Assembly (NCBI RefSeq): GCF_001677475.2 | Contig: NZ_CP015229.1 | Source: Escherichia coli | GTDB lineage: Bacteria; Pseudomonadota; Gammaproteobacteria; Enterobacterales; Enterobacteriaceae | Length of the DNA: 64,000 bases | Reading direction: 5' to 3' (one strand) | Shown here: one piece after another, positions 43,871 to 55,534 of the stretch | Layout: the number at the start of each line of letters is the position of its first letter | How positions within the stretch are numbered: position 1 is the stretch's first letter | The notes under the pieces: model-generated | Told to the model about the DNA's origin: nothing | What the model saw: the letters and a program-made list of their open reading frames with translations, nothing else | Databases searched by the model: none | Made by a program: the position numbers and the translations under genes

Positions 43871-44116
43871 GACTATCCCTTATATTTCATTACTGCGATT
43901 ATTTCAATTTCAGTATACTAATGAAATGATGCCAGACTGTTTCTTCGTGCAAAAACTGCCATATTTGGTAGGACCAAAATTTATCCACAAAGTAGTTTTG
44001 CATAACATTTAATTGATAATAAGTAAATGCAACACGAATATATTTTCACACGGCGTATAGCTTATGTTTATAAAAAAATGGCTGATCTTATTTCCAGTAA
44101 AAGTTATATTTAACTT

Positions 44117-44222
44117 ACTGAGAGCACAAAGTTTCCCGTGCCAACAGGGAGTGTTATAACGGTTTATTAGTCTGGAGACGGCAGACTATCCTCTTCCCGG
44201 TCCCCTATGCCGGGTTTTTTTT
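44117..44222 (+). ncRNA. gadY: GadY small RNA (antisense to the gadX 3' end)
   Basis: ACTGAGAGCACAAAGTTTCCC...CCGGTCCCCTATGCCGGG + T8 matches the recalled gadY; intrinsic terminator on + strand. Confidence 0.6.
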
Positions 44223-44238
44223 ATCTCTGAGTAAAACT

Positions 44239-45063
44239 CTACAATCTTATTCCTTCCGCAGAACGGTCAGTGCCGTAAAAATTCCCTTGTGCAACAATAC
44301 TTGCCGCCGAGTCACGGTTCGGCAATCCCTGCGCTGATCGCTCCTGATACTCTGTGGGCGTCATCCCATAATAATTTCGAAAAACGAAAATGAAATACGA
44401 CACGCTGTGATATCCACAGGACACTGCAACTCGCTTAATTGAAAAACCATGTATAACAATAAGTTGCAAAGCACGTTGCATTCTACACTCAGTAAGCAAC
44501 TGTGAATATGATGTCTCTTCTTCGCGCAATTTTTTCTTTAACAGGCTTGGACTCATCAACAGCTCGCTGGCGATTCGGGCTAGTGTCCACTCATGTGCGA
44601 TATTATTATTGATAACCGTACAAACTCGTGTTCGCATGTTCGGTTGCAAAACGTTCAGAAGTAGCGGTATAAACTGCTCATCCTCCAGAAAAACAGATAA
44701 CAGCGCAAAGATTAATGCTCTTTTACGTAGCGTTTCTGCATAGCGAAGATTCTTATTCTGCGATAGTTGCGCAACTTCCTGAAAAACAGGAATATCTCTG
44801 GTACAGTGATGAACGAGTAATGAAGGAACTTTTTTATGTGCATGAAGTTTTAATGCCTCCTCCTTGAGCATCGGGAGAAATAATGAAAGCGTATCCCTTG
44901 AAACTAATACGAAATGTTCAACACACTTATCTACTCGAATTTGGCTTGCATCCGCAAAAACCAGATCACCGCCATTAAAATAGCGATATTCACCATTAAC
45001 CATGGTGAGAATATATTTATGTCTTGCGTACGCAATTAGACAATTCCCATGTAGTGATTGCAT
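44239..45063 (-). CDS. gadX: AraC-family acid-resistance regulator GadX
   Basis: 274 aa, MQSLHGNCLIAYARHKYILTMVNGEY... Confidence 0.9.
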   Translation of the reverse strand: MQSLHGNCLIAYARHKYILTMVNGEYRYFNGGDLVFADASQIRVDKCVEHFVLVSRDTLSLFLPMLKEEALKLHAHKKVPSLLVHHCTRDIPVFQEVAQLSQNKNLRYAETLRKRALIFALLSVFLEDEQFIPLLLNVLQPNMRTRVCTVINNNIAHEWTLARIASELLMSPSLLKKKLREEETSYSQLLTECRMQRALQLIVIHGFSIKRVAVSCGYHSVSYFIFVFRNYYGMTPTEYQERSAQGLPNRDSAASIVAQGNFYGTDRSAEGIRL

Positions 45064-45422
45064 AGTTGGCTTAATATTACATAAACATATTACTGTTTAT
45101 TAATGTAGCACGCCGCCCTCTTAAGTCAAATTGATTGATAAATAAATTTAAACGAAGCGGGAAAACAGGATGATAATCTACGGGCAGGATGACTGGATTT
45201 ATAATACAAAAGGCGTGCTTAAGAACGCAGTGAAATTAATAGTAAGCAAATAATCTCTTACAGTGACATTAAAAACATCCGTTACATTGAATAAACATTC
45301 ATATAACATATATCTTATCAACACGATGAATAGACAGCCAATATATTATTGCTATTAATAAGCAACCGAATGCCCAACTGTTTTTTAAAGGTTGGGCATT
45401 CGGTTTTTACAACGTTATGTTA

Positions 45423-46823
45423 TCAGGTGTGTTTAAAGCTGTTCTGCTGGGCAATACCCTGTAGTTTCGGGTGATCGCTGAGATATTTCAGGGAGGCTTT
45501 GTAGTCTTCCAGCAACAGTTCAGCAAAGTCCATTTCGAAGCCGCGACGACACATAATGCGCATCACCACGATGTCAGTGGCTTCACCGCCGAGAGTGAAG
45601 GCCGGAACCTGCCAGCCGCGCAGACGCAGACGTTCAGAGAGGTCGTAGAGGGTGTATCCCGGATCTTCACCATCTTTCAGTTTGAAGCAAACCGCCGGGA
45701 TGCCTTCATCCGGGCGACCGGTACAGATAAACTCATACGGCCCCAGTTTGGCGATTTCATCCGCCAGATAAGCGGCAACCTGGTAGGAAGCGTTCTGTAC
45801 TTTGGTATAGCCTTCACGACCAAGGCGCAGGAATTCATAGTACTGTGCAATCACCTGACCCGCCGGGCGGGAGAAGTTGATGGCGAAAGTCCCAATCTGA
45901 CCACCGAGGTAGTCAACGTTGAACACCAGTTCCTGCGGCAGCGCTTCTTCATCACGCCAGATAACCCAGCCGCAGCCCAGCGGAGCCAGACCGAATTTAT
46001 GGCCTGAAGCACTGATCGATTTCACACGCGGCAGGCGGAAGTCCCAGACGATATCCGGGGCAACGAACGGTGCCAGGAAGCCACCGCTGGCAGCGTCGAT
46101 GTGCATGTCGATGTCGATACCGGTGTCGGCCTGGAATTTATCCAGTGCATCGTGCAGCGGTTGCGGGAACTCATAGTTACCGGTGTAGGTCACGCCGAAA
46201 GTCGGCACCACGCCGATGGTGTTTTCGTCGCAGGCTTCAATCATGCGTTTCGGGTCCATAAACAACTGACCGGGGCGCATAGGGATCTCACGCAGCTCCA
46301 CATCCCAGTAGCGGGCGAATTTATGCCAGCAGATTTGTACCGGACCGCACACCAGGTTTGGTTTATCCGTTGGTTTGCCTGCAGCTTCCATACGCTTGCG
46401 CCAACGCCATTTCATCGCCATCCCGCCGAGCATACAGGCCTCGGAAGAACCAATGGTGTTGGTGCCAACGGCCTGACCATTTTTCGGCGCAGGCGCATGC
46501 CACAGATCGGCAACCATATTTACGCAACGCAGGTCGATGGCTGCGGATTGCGGATATTCTTCTTTGTCGATCCAGTTTTTATTGATCGACAAATCCATCA
46601 ATTTATGGACGTTTTCGTCGTCCCAGGTCTGGCAAAAAGTGGCCAGGTTCTGACGAGCGTTGCCATCAAGATATAATTCGTCATTGATAATCTGGAATGC
46701 GACATCATCTCGCATTTCATGCAGCGGAAATCGTTTTGACTCCGCGATAGTAGAAATGGCCTTTGCGCCAAAACGTGAATCGAGTAGCTCTGAGCGGAAA
46801 TCCGTTAACAGCTTCTGGTCCAT
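45423..46823 (-). CDS. gadA: Glutamate decarboxylase alpha
   Basis: 466 aa from [21 protein letters not shown]; PLP-lysine region SISASGHKF; adjacent to gadX as for gadA. Confidence 0.95.
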   Translation of the reverse strand: MDQKLLTDFRSELLDSRFGAKAISTIAESKRFPLHEMRDDVAFQIINDELYLDGNARQNLATFCQTWDDENVHKLMDLSINKNWIDKEEYPQSAAIDLRCVNMVADLWHAPAPKNGQAVGTNTIGSSEACMLGGMAMKWRWRKRMEAAGKPTDKPNLVCGPVQICWHKFARYWDVELREIPMRPGQLFMDPKRMIEACDENTIGVVPTFGVTYTGNYEFPQPLHDALDKFQADTGIDIDMHIDAASGGFLAPFVAPDIVWDFRLPRVKSISASGHKFGLAPLGCGWVIWRDEEALPQELVFNVDYLGGQIGTFAINFSRPAGQVIAQYYEFLRLGREGYTKVQNASYQVAAYLADEIAKLGPYEFICTGRPDEGIPAVCFKLKDGEDPGYTLYDLSERLRLRGWQVPAFTLGGEATDIVVMRIMCRRGFEMDFAELLLEDYKASLKYLSDHPKLQGIAQQNSFKHT

Positions 46824-47033
46824 TTCGAACTCCTTAAATTTATTTGAAGGCAATAAAAAAGTAGGATTTATCCGCAATGGAAGCAAGGCATTACAGGCTT
46901 AATTTAAATAACAAAATCCTAAGCAGAAAAACGACTTTTTATAATATAAACATTTAACATGATAATATTAAAAACAGACTTTATTATCGCAATAAAAATC
47001 ACCCGAACATTCCTGTTCGGGCGATTAAATTAA

Positions 47034-48431
47034 TTATTGTTTATCCTGCATATACGGCGTGTAAACCCCGTTCAGACTGTGCAGGAAAGCTACGATATCA
47101 TCCACATCCTCCTGCGGCAGCTCTTTGCCTACCTGATAGCGCAACATCAGTTTCACCGCCCCGTCCAGCGTCGGCACATCACCGCGATGGAAGTACGGTG
47201 CCGTTAGTGCAACGTTACGTAAACCGGGTACTTTCTGACGCAATTTATCGCGCTCTTCTTTAGTAACATTCATACGACCAATATCCGCCGCCGTAATTTC
47301 ACCAAAGTTAAAGTCTTTTTTCAGCCCCAACGGTTCGAAGGAACGTCCGCCGAGAATAATACCACCATGACAAGTTGCACATTTATTATCTTTAAATAAT
47401 TGATAACCTTTTTTCTGTTGTGCCGTCAGCGCATTCTCATCTCCACGCAACCATTTATCAAATGGGGAATCCGGCGTAATTAATGTTTTCTCAAATTCAG
47501 CAATGGCATCAGTAATATTTTCGCCACTGAAACCTTGCGGATAGACTTCAAGGAACTGCGCTTTAAGCTGCGGATCTTTTTCCAGCTTAGCAATAATTTC
47601 GTCCCAGGATTTCGACGCCATTTCAATCGGATTCAACGGCGGTCCACCAGCCTGATCCTGCAATGTTGCCGCACGACCATCCCAGAACTGCTCAACGTTA
47701 AATACTGAGTTAAATACCGTCGGCGCGTTAATCGGCCCCACTGCGCCACCAACACCAATCGATGTTTTTCTGCCATCGACGCCCCCCGCATTCAACGCAT
47801 GGCAATGAGCGCATGAAATGGTGCTATCAGCCGATAAACGGGGATCGTGATACAGCGCAAAGCCCAACGCCACTTTTTGCGCATCGGTAGGCAGTTTTTG
47901 CGGGATGGGCTGCACCGGTTCATTGCGATGCTCCGGAGCAGTGTCATTACTGGCGTAATATTCCGCGCGCTGTTTTGCAATCCAGGCCAGTATTTCCGCC
48001 CGCTCTTCATCACTCACCTTACCCGCCCAGTGTAGCGCGGTATAACGCGTTGGTGGCATAGTTTCATACTGCATCACCCATTCAATCTTATTCAGATCGC
48101 TTTGCGAAACGGGTTTATCAGCCAACAGAGCCGCACGCACGGCCTCAAGATTAAAAGATTTATATCCGAGCTTAATGTCGTAATCCATCAACTGTTTCGC
48201 GCCAGGAATATAATAATAGGCGGGTAATTCTGCCGAAGGCGTATGGCAATAGTCGCATCCCTTTTCGCGGAGAAAGCCTAAAACCTTATTATTTTCACTG
48301 ACAGCAGATGCCTGAACATCGGCCTGTTTACTGCGTTTATTATCGTGGTACCACACATAACCAGATAACCCTAAATAGCAAATCGCGACGCCAGCCAGGC
48401 CGATCGCGGTAATACGTGAGACCATTTTCAT
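47034..48431 (-). CDS. yhjA: Cytochrome c peroxidase YhjA (Ccp)
   Basis: 465 aa; three CxxCH haem motifs (CDYCH, CAHCH, CATCH). Confidence 0.9.
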   Translation of the reverse strand: MKMVSRITAIGLAGVAICYLGLSGYVWYHDNKRSKQADVQASAVSENNKVLGFLREKGCDYCHTPSAELPAYYYIPGAKQLMDYDIKLGYKSFNLEAVRAALLADKPVSQSDLNKIEWVMQYETMPPTRYTALHWAGKVSDEERAEILAWIAKQRAEYYASNDTAPEHRNEPVQPIPQKLPTDAQKVALGFALYHDPRLSADSTISCAHCHALNAGGVDGRKTSIGVGGAVGPINAPTVFNSVFNVEQFWDGRAATLQDQAGGPPLNPIEMASKSWDEIIAKLEKDPQLKAQFLEVYPQGFSGENITDAIAEFEKTLITPDSPFDKWLRGDENALTAQQKKGYQLFKDNKCATCHGGIILGGRSFEPLGLKKDFNFGEITAADIGRMNVTKEERDKLRQKVPGLRNVALTAPYFHRGDVPTLDGAVKLMLRYQVGKELPQEDVDDIVAFLHSLNGVYTPYMQDKQ

Positions 48432-48805
48432 TATTCTTCCCTCACGGTGGTGAGTTATTGTGACCCAGAAAATTTTCCAGAATGCTGCAAACGTCTCTGC
48501 GAGACAAAGCCATCATAAAAAACAGGGAGATACGCTTTTTGATAGGAATCAATCAATTACATGAATATAAACTATCAATAAGATAGCCTGTGCCTATTAC
48601 CCAGATCAGGAATGGCATATCATGATTGCGGCGAGAGCAGGATTGAATGTTCTGAAAATGAAAAACAACACGAAATCTGTATTTTTATAAATTCCATTGA
48701 TATTAGTGCGTTATATTTTTTGATAAGTTAATAAACGTGATCCACCGCACGCTTTGTCGCCCACCAGGCGGAGCGAATGACTACCCTTAAAGAAAAGCCC
48801 GATAA

Positions 48806-50485
<1,680 letters not shown>

Positions 50486-50492
50486 TATTTTT

Positions 50493-50522
50493 ACAGCCAG
50501 CCGCTAACTTCCTGCTGGCTGT
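50493..50522. terminator. Bidirectional hairpin between convergent treF and yhjB
   Basis: ACAGCCAGC-CGCTAACTTCCT-GCTGGCTGT flanked by T5 / A4. Confidence 0.5.
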
Positions 50523-50535
50523 AAAATTATCCTCT

Positions 50536-51138
50536 TCAGGAGGAGATATTTAACATCATTGCCGCCTGGGTGCGATTTTTCACTTCCAGACGGCGATACA
50601 GTGATTCCAGATGCGCTTTTACCGTTCCGGTACTGATATTCAGCGCCCTGCCGATCTCTTTATTTGATTCGCCCGCCGCTAACATGGTTAAAATCTCCCG
50701 CTGGCGGGCGCTTAACGATTTGAGATCTTTAATGTCCTTTTCCGGCGTCGTTCGCCAGTCTCCAGGCAGAAACATCATCCCCATCGCCGCACTATTTACC
50801 GCCAACGCAAATGTCTCAACGGTAGAATCACGAGGCACAATGGCCAGCACATTAAAATGGATAACTTCCTGTAACCACCGTTTATTGCAATCCGTCGCCG
50901 TGATTAACACCTTAACCTCAGGAAACTGCACCACGGTTTTTTGCAGCAACCAGTAGCAAAACTCACCATCCTGATCGCCATCGAGCATAACTAAGGCTTC
51001 AGGGTAACTTTCCAGCTTTTGCCATAACTCATCTGCCTGACTGGCCCCCTGAATACTCACTCCTGGAATACGTTGCTGTAAACTGATTTTCATTCCATGA
51101 ATAAATATTGACTGCCTGTCAAACATGACTATTTGCAT
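50536..51138 (-). CDS. yhjB: LuxR/FixJ-family response-regulator-like YhjB
   Basis: 200 aa; C-terminal LuxR HTH. Confidence 0.85.
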   Translation of the reverse strand: MQIVMFDRQSIFIHGMKISLQQRIPGVSIQGASQADELWQKLESYPEALVMLDGDQDGEFCYWLLQKTVVQFPEVKVLITATDCNKRWLQEVIHFNVLAIVPRDSTVETFALAVNSAAMGMMFLPGDWRTTPEKDIKDLKSLSARQREILTMLAAGESNKEIGRALNISTGTVKAHLESLYRRLEVKNRTQAAMMLNISS

Positions 51139-51658
51139 AACTGAATCTCCACCTGAATACGTTAAAAAGACTTAAGTAGTGGAAGGGTATTACCCGCGAG
51201 AAAAAATAAGAATTCGCCATTTGGCGGTGGCCATTCTACAGAGATGACGCGTAGAAAATAGTTACCGATATAAATAGTTACAGCTAAACGCCTGAAATTA
51301 CATGTCGAGGGCACTATTTAAAACAATTTTGAGGATTTCCTTATATTGGTGGTTAGTACGCATGCAATTAAAAAATGAAATTCCGCGACCACAAGCCAAA
51401 ATAACAAACGGCAATGAGACAAAAATAAGCACAAATAACCAATACGTCCTCTGTTCACTTTAAAGGGAATCGCTGAAAAATACGCTCTGTTTAGGGAAAT
51501 TCAGCTTTCTCATAAAGCTATTCCTCCCTTTTCCTGCTGAGAAATCGCCACATTCGTCACGACTACATTGTGAAACCCGGCATTAGATGTTAGAAAAAAT
51601 AATAAACAATGCGATATACGCGTTACTGTTTCGTTGTGAACAACAATCGGTCAAAGAA

Positions 51659-52558
51659 ATGGATAAAATTCACGCAATGCAGTTGTTCATCAAAGTCGCG
51701 GAGCTGGAAAGTTTTTCCCGCGCGGCGGATTTCTTTGCTTTGCCAAAGGGAAGTGTTTCGCGCCAGATACAGGCACTGGAACATCAACTTGGCACCCAGC
51801 TTCTCCAGCGCACCACGCGACGGGTCAAACTCACGCCAGAAGGCATGACCTATTATCAACGGGCAAAAGATGTGTTGAGTAATCTCAGCGAACTGGACGG
51901 TCTGTTTCAACAGGATGCCACCAGTATCAGTGGTAAATTACGCATCGACATCCCGCCAGGAATCGCGAAAAACCTGTTACTGCCGCGTCTGTCGGAATTT
52001 CTCTATCTGCATCCGGGAATTGAGCTGGAACTGAGTAGCCATGACCGTCCGGTAGATATTCTTCATGATGGTTTTGATTGCGTGATACGCACTGGCGCGT
52101 TACCGGAAGATGGCGTTATCGCCCGTCCCCTCGGCAAACTGACCATGGTCAACTGTGCCAGTCCGCACTATCTGACGCGCTTTGGTTATCCGCAAAGCCC
52201 CGATGATCTGACTTCACACGCAATAGTGCGTTATACACCGCACCTGGGTGTACATCCGTTAGGTTTTGAGGTTGCCAGCGTTAATGGCGTCCAGTGGTTT
52301 AAGTCTGGCGGCATGTTGACGGTAAACAGTAGCGAAAACTATCTCGCCGCCGGTCTTGCCGGTCTGGGGATTATTCAGATCCCGCGCATTGCCGTGCGCG
52401 AAGCCCTGCGTGCCGGGCGGCTTATTGAAGTATTACCTGGCTACCGTGCCGAGCCGCTCTCCCTTTCGCTGGTTTATCCGCAGCGTCGGGAGCTTTCCCG
52501 GCGTGTAAACCTGTTTATGCAGTGGCTGGCTGGCGTAATGAAAGAGCACCTGGACTGA
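51659..52558 (+). CDS. yhjC: LysR-family transcriptional regulator YhjC
   Basis: 299 aa from MDKIHAMQLFIKVAELESFSRAA (LysR HTH). Confidence 0.85.
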   Translation: MDKIHAMQLFIKVAELESFSRAADFFALPKGSVSRQIQALEHQLGTQLLQRTTRRVKLTPEGMTYYQRAKDVLSNLSELDGLFQQDATSISGKLRIDIPPGIAKNLLLPRLSEFLYLHPGIELELSSHDRPVDILHDGFDCVIRTGALPEDGVIARPLGKLTMVNCASPHYLTRFGYPQSPDDLTSHAIVRYTPHLGVHPLGFEVASVNGVQWFKSGGMLTVNSSENYLAAGLAGLGIIQIPRIAVREALRAGRLIEVLPGYRAEPLSLSLVYPQRRELSRRVNLFMQWLAGVMKEHLD

Positions 52559-52606
52559 CCGACTATACTTTTTAAGAATGACCACGACAGAAGGACAAAA
52601 GAGCGG

Positions 52607-53620
52607 ATGACGCAGGAAAACGAGATCAAACGTCCCACCCAGGATCTGGAGCACGAGCCGATTAAGCAGTTGGATAATAGCGAGAAAGGCGGCAAAGTTA
52701 GCCAGGCGCTGGAAACCGTCACCACCACTGCCGAAAAAGTCCAACGCCAACCGGTTATTGCGCACCTGATTCGCGCGACAGAACGCTTTAACGATCGGCT
52801 GGGTAACCAGTTTGGTGCGGCTATCACCTATTTCTCATTTTTGTCGATGATACCAATTTTGATGGTGTCGTTTGCCGCAGGGGGCTTTGTGCTGGCCTCC
52901 CATCCGATGTTGCTACAGGATATCTTCGACAAAATTCTACAAAACATCAGCGATCCGACGCTAGCCGCCACGTTGAAAAACACCATCAACACCGCCGTTC
53001 AGCAGCGTACGACTGTAGGGCTTGTCGGCCTGGCGGTGGCACTTTATTCCGGCATCAACTGGATGGGTAACCTGCGTGAAGCGATTCGTGCCCAGTCGCG
53101 CGATGTCTGGGAACGCTCGCCGCAAGATCAGGAGAAGTTCTGGGTAAAATATCTGCGTGATTTTATTTCGCTCATTGGTTTGTTGATTGCGCTGATTGTG
53201 ACGCTTTCGATCACCTCGGTTGCCGGTTCGGCGCAGCAAATGATTATTAGCGCCCTGCACCTGAACAGCATTGAGTGGCTGAAACCGACGTGGCGATTGA
53301 TTGGCCTGGCGATTTCCATCTTCGCCAACTATCTGCTTTTCTTCTGGATTTTCTGGCGGTTACCGCGCCACCGTCCGCGCAAAAAAGCCCTGATTCGCGG
53401 AACATTTCTGGCTGCTATTGGTTTTGAAGTGATTAAAATCGTGATGACCTACACCCTGCCATCGTTGATGAAATCCCCCTCTGGCGCAGCATTTGGTTCC
53501 GTGCTGGGGCTGATGGCATTTTTCTACTTCTTCGCCCGTTTGACGCTGTTTTGCGCGGCGTGGATTGCCACCGCCGAATATAAAGACGACCCGCGAATGC
53601 CGGGGAAAACGCAGCCTTAA
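52607..53620 (+). CDS. yhjD: Inner-membrane protein YhjD (YihY/virulence factor BrkB family)
   Basis: 337 aa multi-TM. Confidence 0.85.
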   Translation: MTQENEIKRPTQDLEHEPIKQLDNSEKGGKVSQALETVTTTAEKVQRQPVIAHLIRATERFNDRLGNQFGAAITYFSFLSMIPILMVSFAAGGFVLASHPMLLQDIFDKILQNISDPTLAATLKNTINTAVQQRTTVGLVGLAVALYSGINWMGNLREAIRAQSRDVWERSPQDQEKFWVKYLRDFISLIGLLIALIVTLSITSVAGSAQQMIISALHLNSIEWLKPTWRLIGLAISIFANYLLFFWIFWRLPRHRPRKKALIRGTFLAAIGFEVIKIVMTYTLPSLMKSPSGAAFGSVLGLMAFFYFFARLTLFCAAWIATAEYKDDPRMPGKTQP

Positions 53621-53624
53621 AATA

Positions 53625-53718
53625 GGCCGGATGCGGCGTAAACGCCTTATCCGGCATACGTTTTTATTCGGCCTGGCTCCCCGTAGGCCGGATAAGATGC
53701 GCCAGCATCGCATCCGGC
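53625..53718. repeat. REP/BIME elements
   Basis: GCCGGATGCGGCGTAAACGCCTTATCCGGC and GTAGGCCGGATAAGATGCGCCAGCATCGCATCCGGC palindromic units. Confidence 0.6.
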
Positions 53719-54030
53719 TATAATGCGCACATAACCTCTTGAAACTCTTCCCCAGAGCCTCTTCAGCCATCTATTTGGGAGCAAACAATTTCATACCAAC
53801 TCATAACCCCAGCATATAAATCCAGTTGGTAACTTTTATTTAACCTGAAACCAGTTTTATCCACTATTTATAAAATTATGTGAAGCATTTCATAGAAGAA
53901 AAATCACTGGCCTAAACATTATCCCCTTTTTGCCTGGTTTTTGACCATTTTCGCGATTTGTTACACATTGAAATATCACTTTTGCTGTGCGTAATATGGC
54001 TATTCGTTAGCCAAAAAATAAGAAAAGATT

Positions 54031-55353
54031 ATGCAAGCAACAGCCACAACACTCGACCACGAGCAAGAATACACGCCGATCAACTCGCGTAATAAAGTCC
54101 TTGTCGCCTCTCTCATTGGCACGGCCATTGAGTTCTTCGACTTTTACATTTACGCCACTGCGGCCGTTATTGTGTTTCCGCATATCTTCTTCCCGCAGGG
54201 CGATCCTACGGCAGCAACGCTACAGTCGCTCGCCACCTTCGCCATCGCCTTCGTCGCGCGCCCCATTGGCTCTGCCGTATTTGGTCATTTTGGCGATCGC
54301 GTTGGGCGTAAAGCGACGCTGGTCGCCTCGTTGCTAACGATGGGGATTTCGACCGTGGTGATTGGTCTGCTGCCGGGCTATGCCACGATTGGTATTTTCG
54401 CCCCGCTGCTGCTGGCACTGGCTCGATTTGGTCAGGGTCTGGGCTTAGGCGGTGAATGGGGCGGCGCGGCGCTGCTGGCGACTGAAAACGCCCCACCGCG
54501 CAAACGTGCACTGTATGGCTCCTTCCCACAGCTGGGCGCACCGATTGGCTTCTTCTTTGCCAACGGCACTTTCTTGCTGCTTTCCTGGCTACTGACCGAC
54601 GAGCAGTTTATGAGCTGGGGCTGGCGTGTGCCATTTATCTTCTCGGCGGTGCTGGTCATTATCGGCCTGTATGTTCGCGTGTCGCTGCATGAGTCGCCGG
54701 TGTTTGAGAAAGTCGCTAAAGCGAAAAAACAGGTGAAGATCCCGCTGGGTACGCTGCTGACCAAACATGTTCGCGTAACCGTACTGGGTACGTTCATTAT
54801 GCTGGCAACCTATACGCTGTTTTACATCATGACGGTCTACTCTATGACCTTTAGTACCGCCGCCGCGCCAGTTGGGCTTGGCCTGCCGCGTAACGAAGTG
54901 TTGTGGATGCTGATGATGGCAGTTATTGGTTTTGGCGTGATGGTGCCAGTCGCCGGATTACTGGCTGATGCCTTTGGTCGCCGTAAAAGCATGGTAATCA
55001 TCACCACGCTGATCATCCTGTTCGCGCTGTTCGCCTTTAACCCGCTGCTCGGTTCTGGCAACCCGATTCTGGTTTTTGCCTTCCTGCTGTTGGGGTTAAG
55101 TCTGATGGGGCTGACCTTCGGGCCAATGGGTGCGCTGTTACCGGAGCTGTTCCCGACAGAAGTGCGTTACACCGGAGCATCGTTCTCTTACAACGTATCG
55201 TCGATTCTCGGGGCTTCCGTTGCGCCGTATATCGCAGCCTGGTTGCAGACTAACTACGGGTTAGGTGCGGTGGGGTTATATCTGGCGGCGATGGCTGGCT
55301 TGACGTTAATCGCCCTGCTGCTGACCCATGAGACGCGACATCAGTCGTTGTAA
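54031..55353 (+). CDS. yhjE: MFS transporter YhjE (metabolite:H+ symporter family)
   Basis: 440 aa, 12-TM MFS. Confidence 0.9.
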   Translation: MQATATTLDHEQEYTPINSRNKVLVASLIGTAIEFFDFYIYATAAVIVFPHIFFPQGDPTAATLQSLATFAIAFVARPIGSAVFGHFGDRVGRKATLVASLLTMGISTVVIGLLPGYATIGIFAPLLLALARFGQGLGLGGEWGGAALLATENAPPRKRALYGSFPQLGAPIGFFFANGTFLLLSWLLTDEQFMSWGWRVPFIFSAVLVIIGLYVRVSLHESPVFEKVAKAKKQVKIPLGTLLTKHVRVTVLGTFIMLATYTLFYIMTVYSMTFSTAAAPVGLGLPRNEVLWMLMMAVIGFGVMVPVAGLLADAFGRRKSMVIITTLIILFALFAFNPLLGSGNPILVFAFLLLGLSLMGLTFGPMGALLPELFPTEVRYTGASFSYNVSSILGASVAPYIAAWLQTNYGLGAVGLYLAAMAGLTLIALLLTHETRHQSL

Positions 55354-55366
55354 TAAGAGTGAAAAG

Positions 55367-55529
55367 CCTGATGCGCTACGCTTATCAGGCCTGAATTTCC
55401 ATACAATATATTGAATTCGCAAGGATTTGTAGGCCGGATAAGGCGTTCACGCCGCATCCGGCATGAACAAAGCACACTTTGCCAACAATCTAAATCTGTT
55501 TAATTGCCGGATGTCAGACATCCGGCAAT
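55367..55529. repeat. REP-like palindromic units plus hairpin between yhjE and yhjG
   Basis: GCCTGATGCGCTACGCTTATCAGGC; GTAGGCCGGATAAGGCGTTCACGCCGCATCCGGC; ATTGCCGGATGTCAGACATCCGGCAAT. Confidence 0.55.
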
Positions 55530-55534
55530 TATCA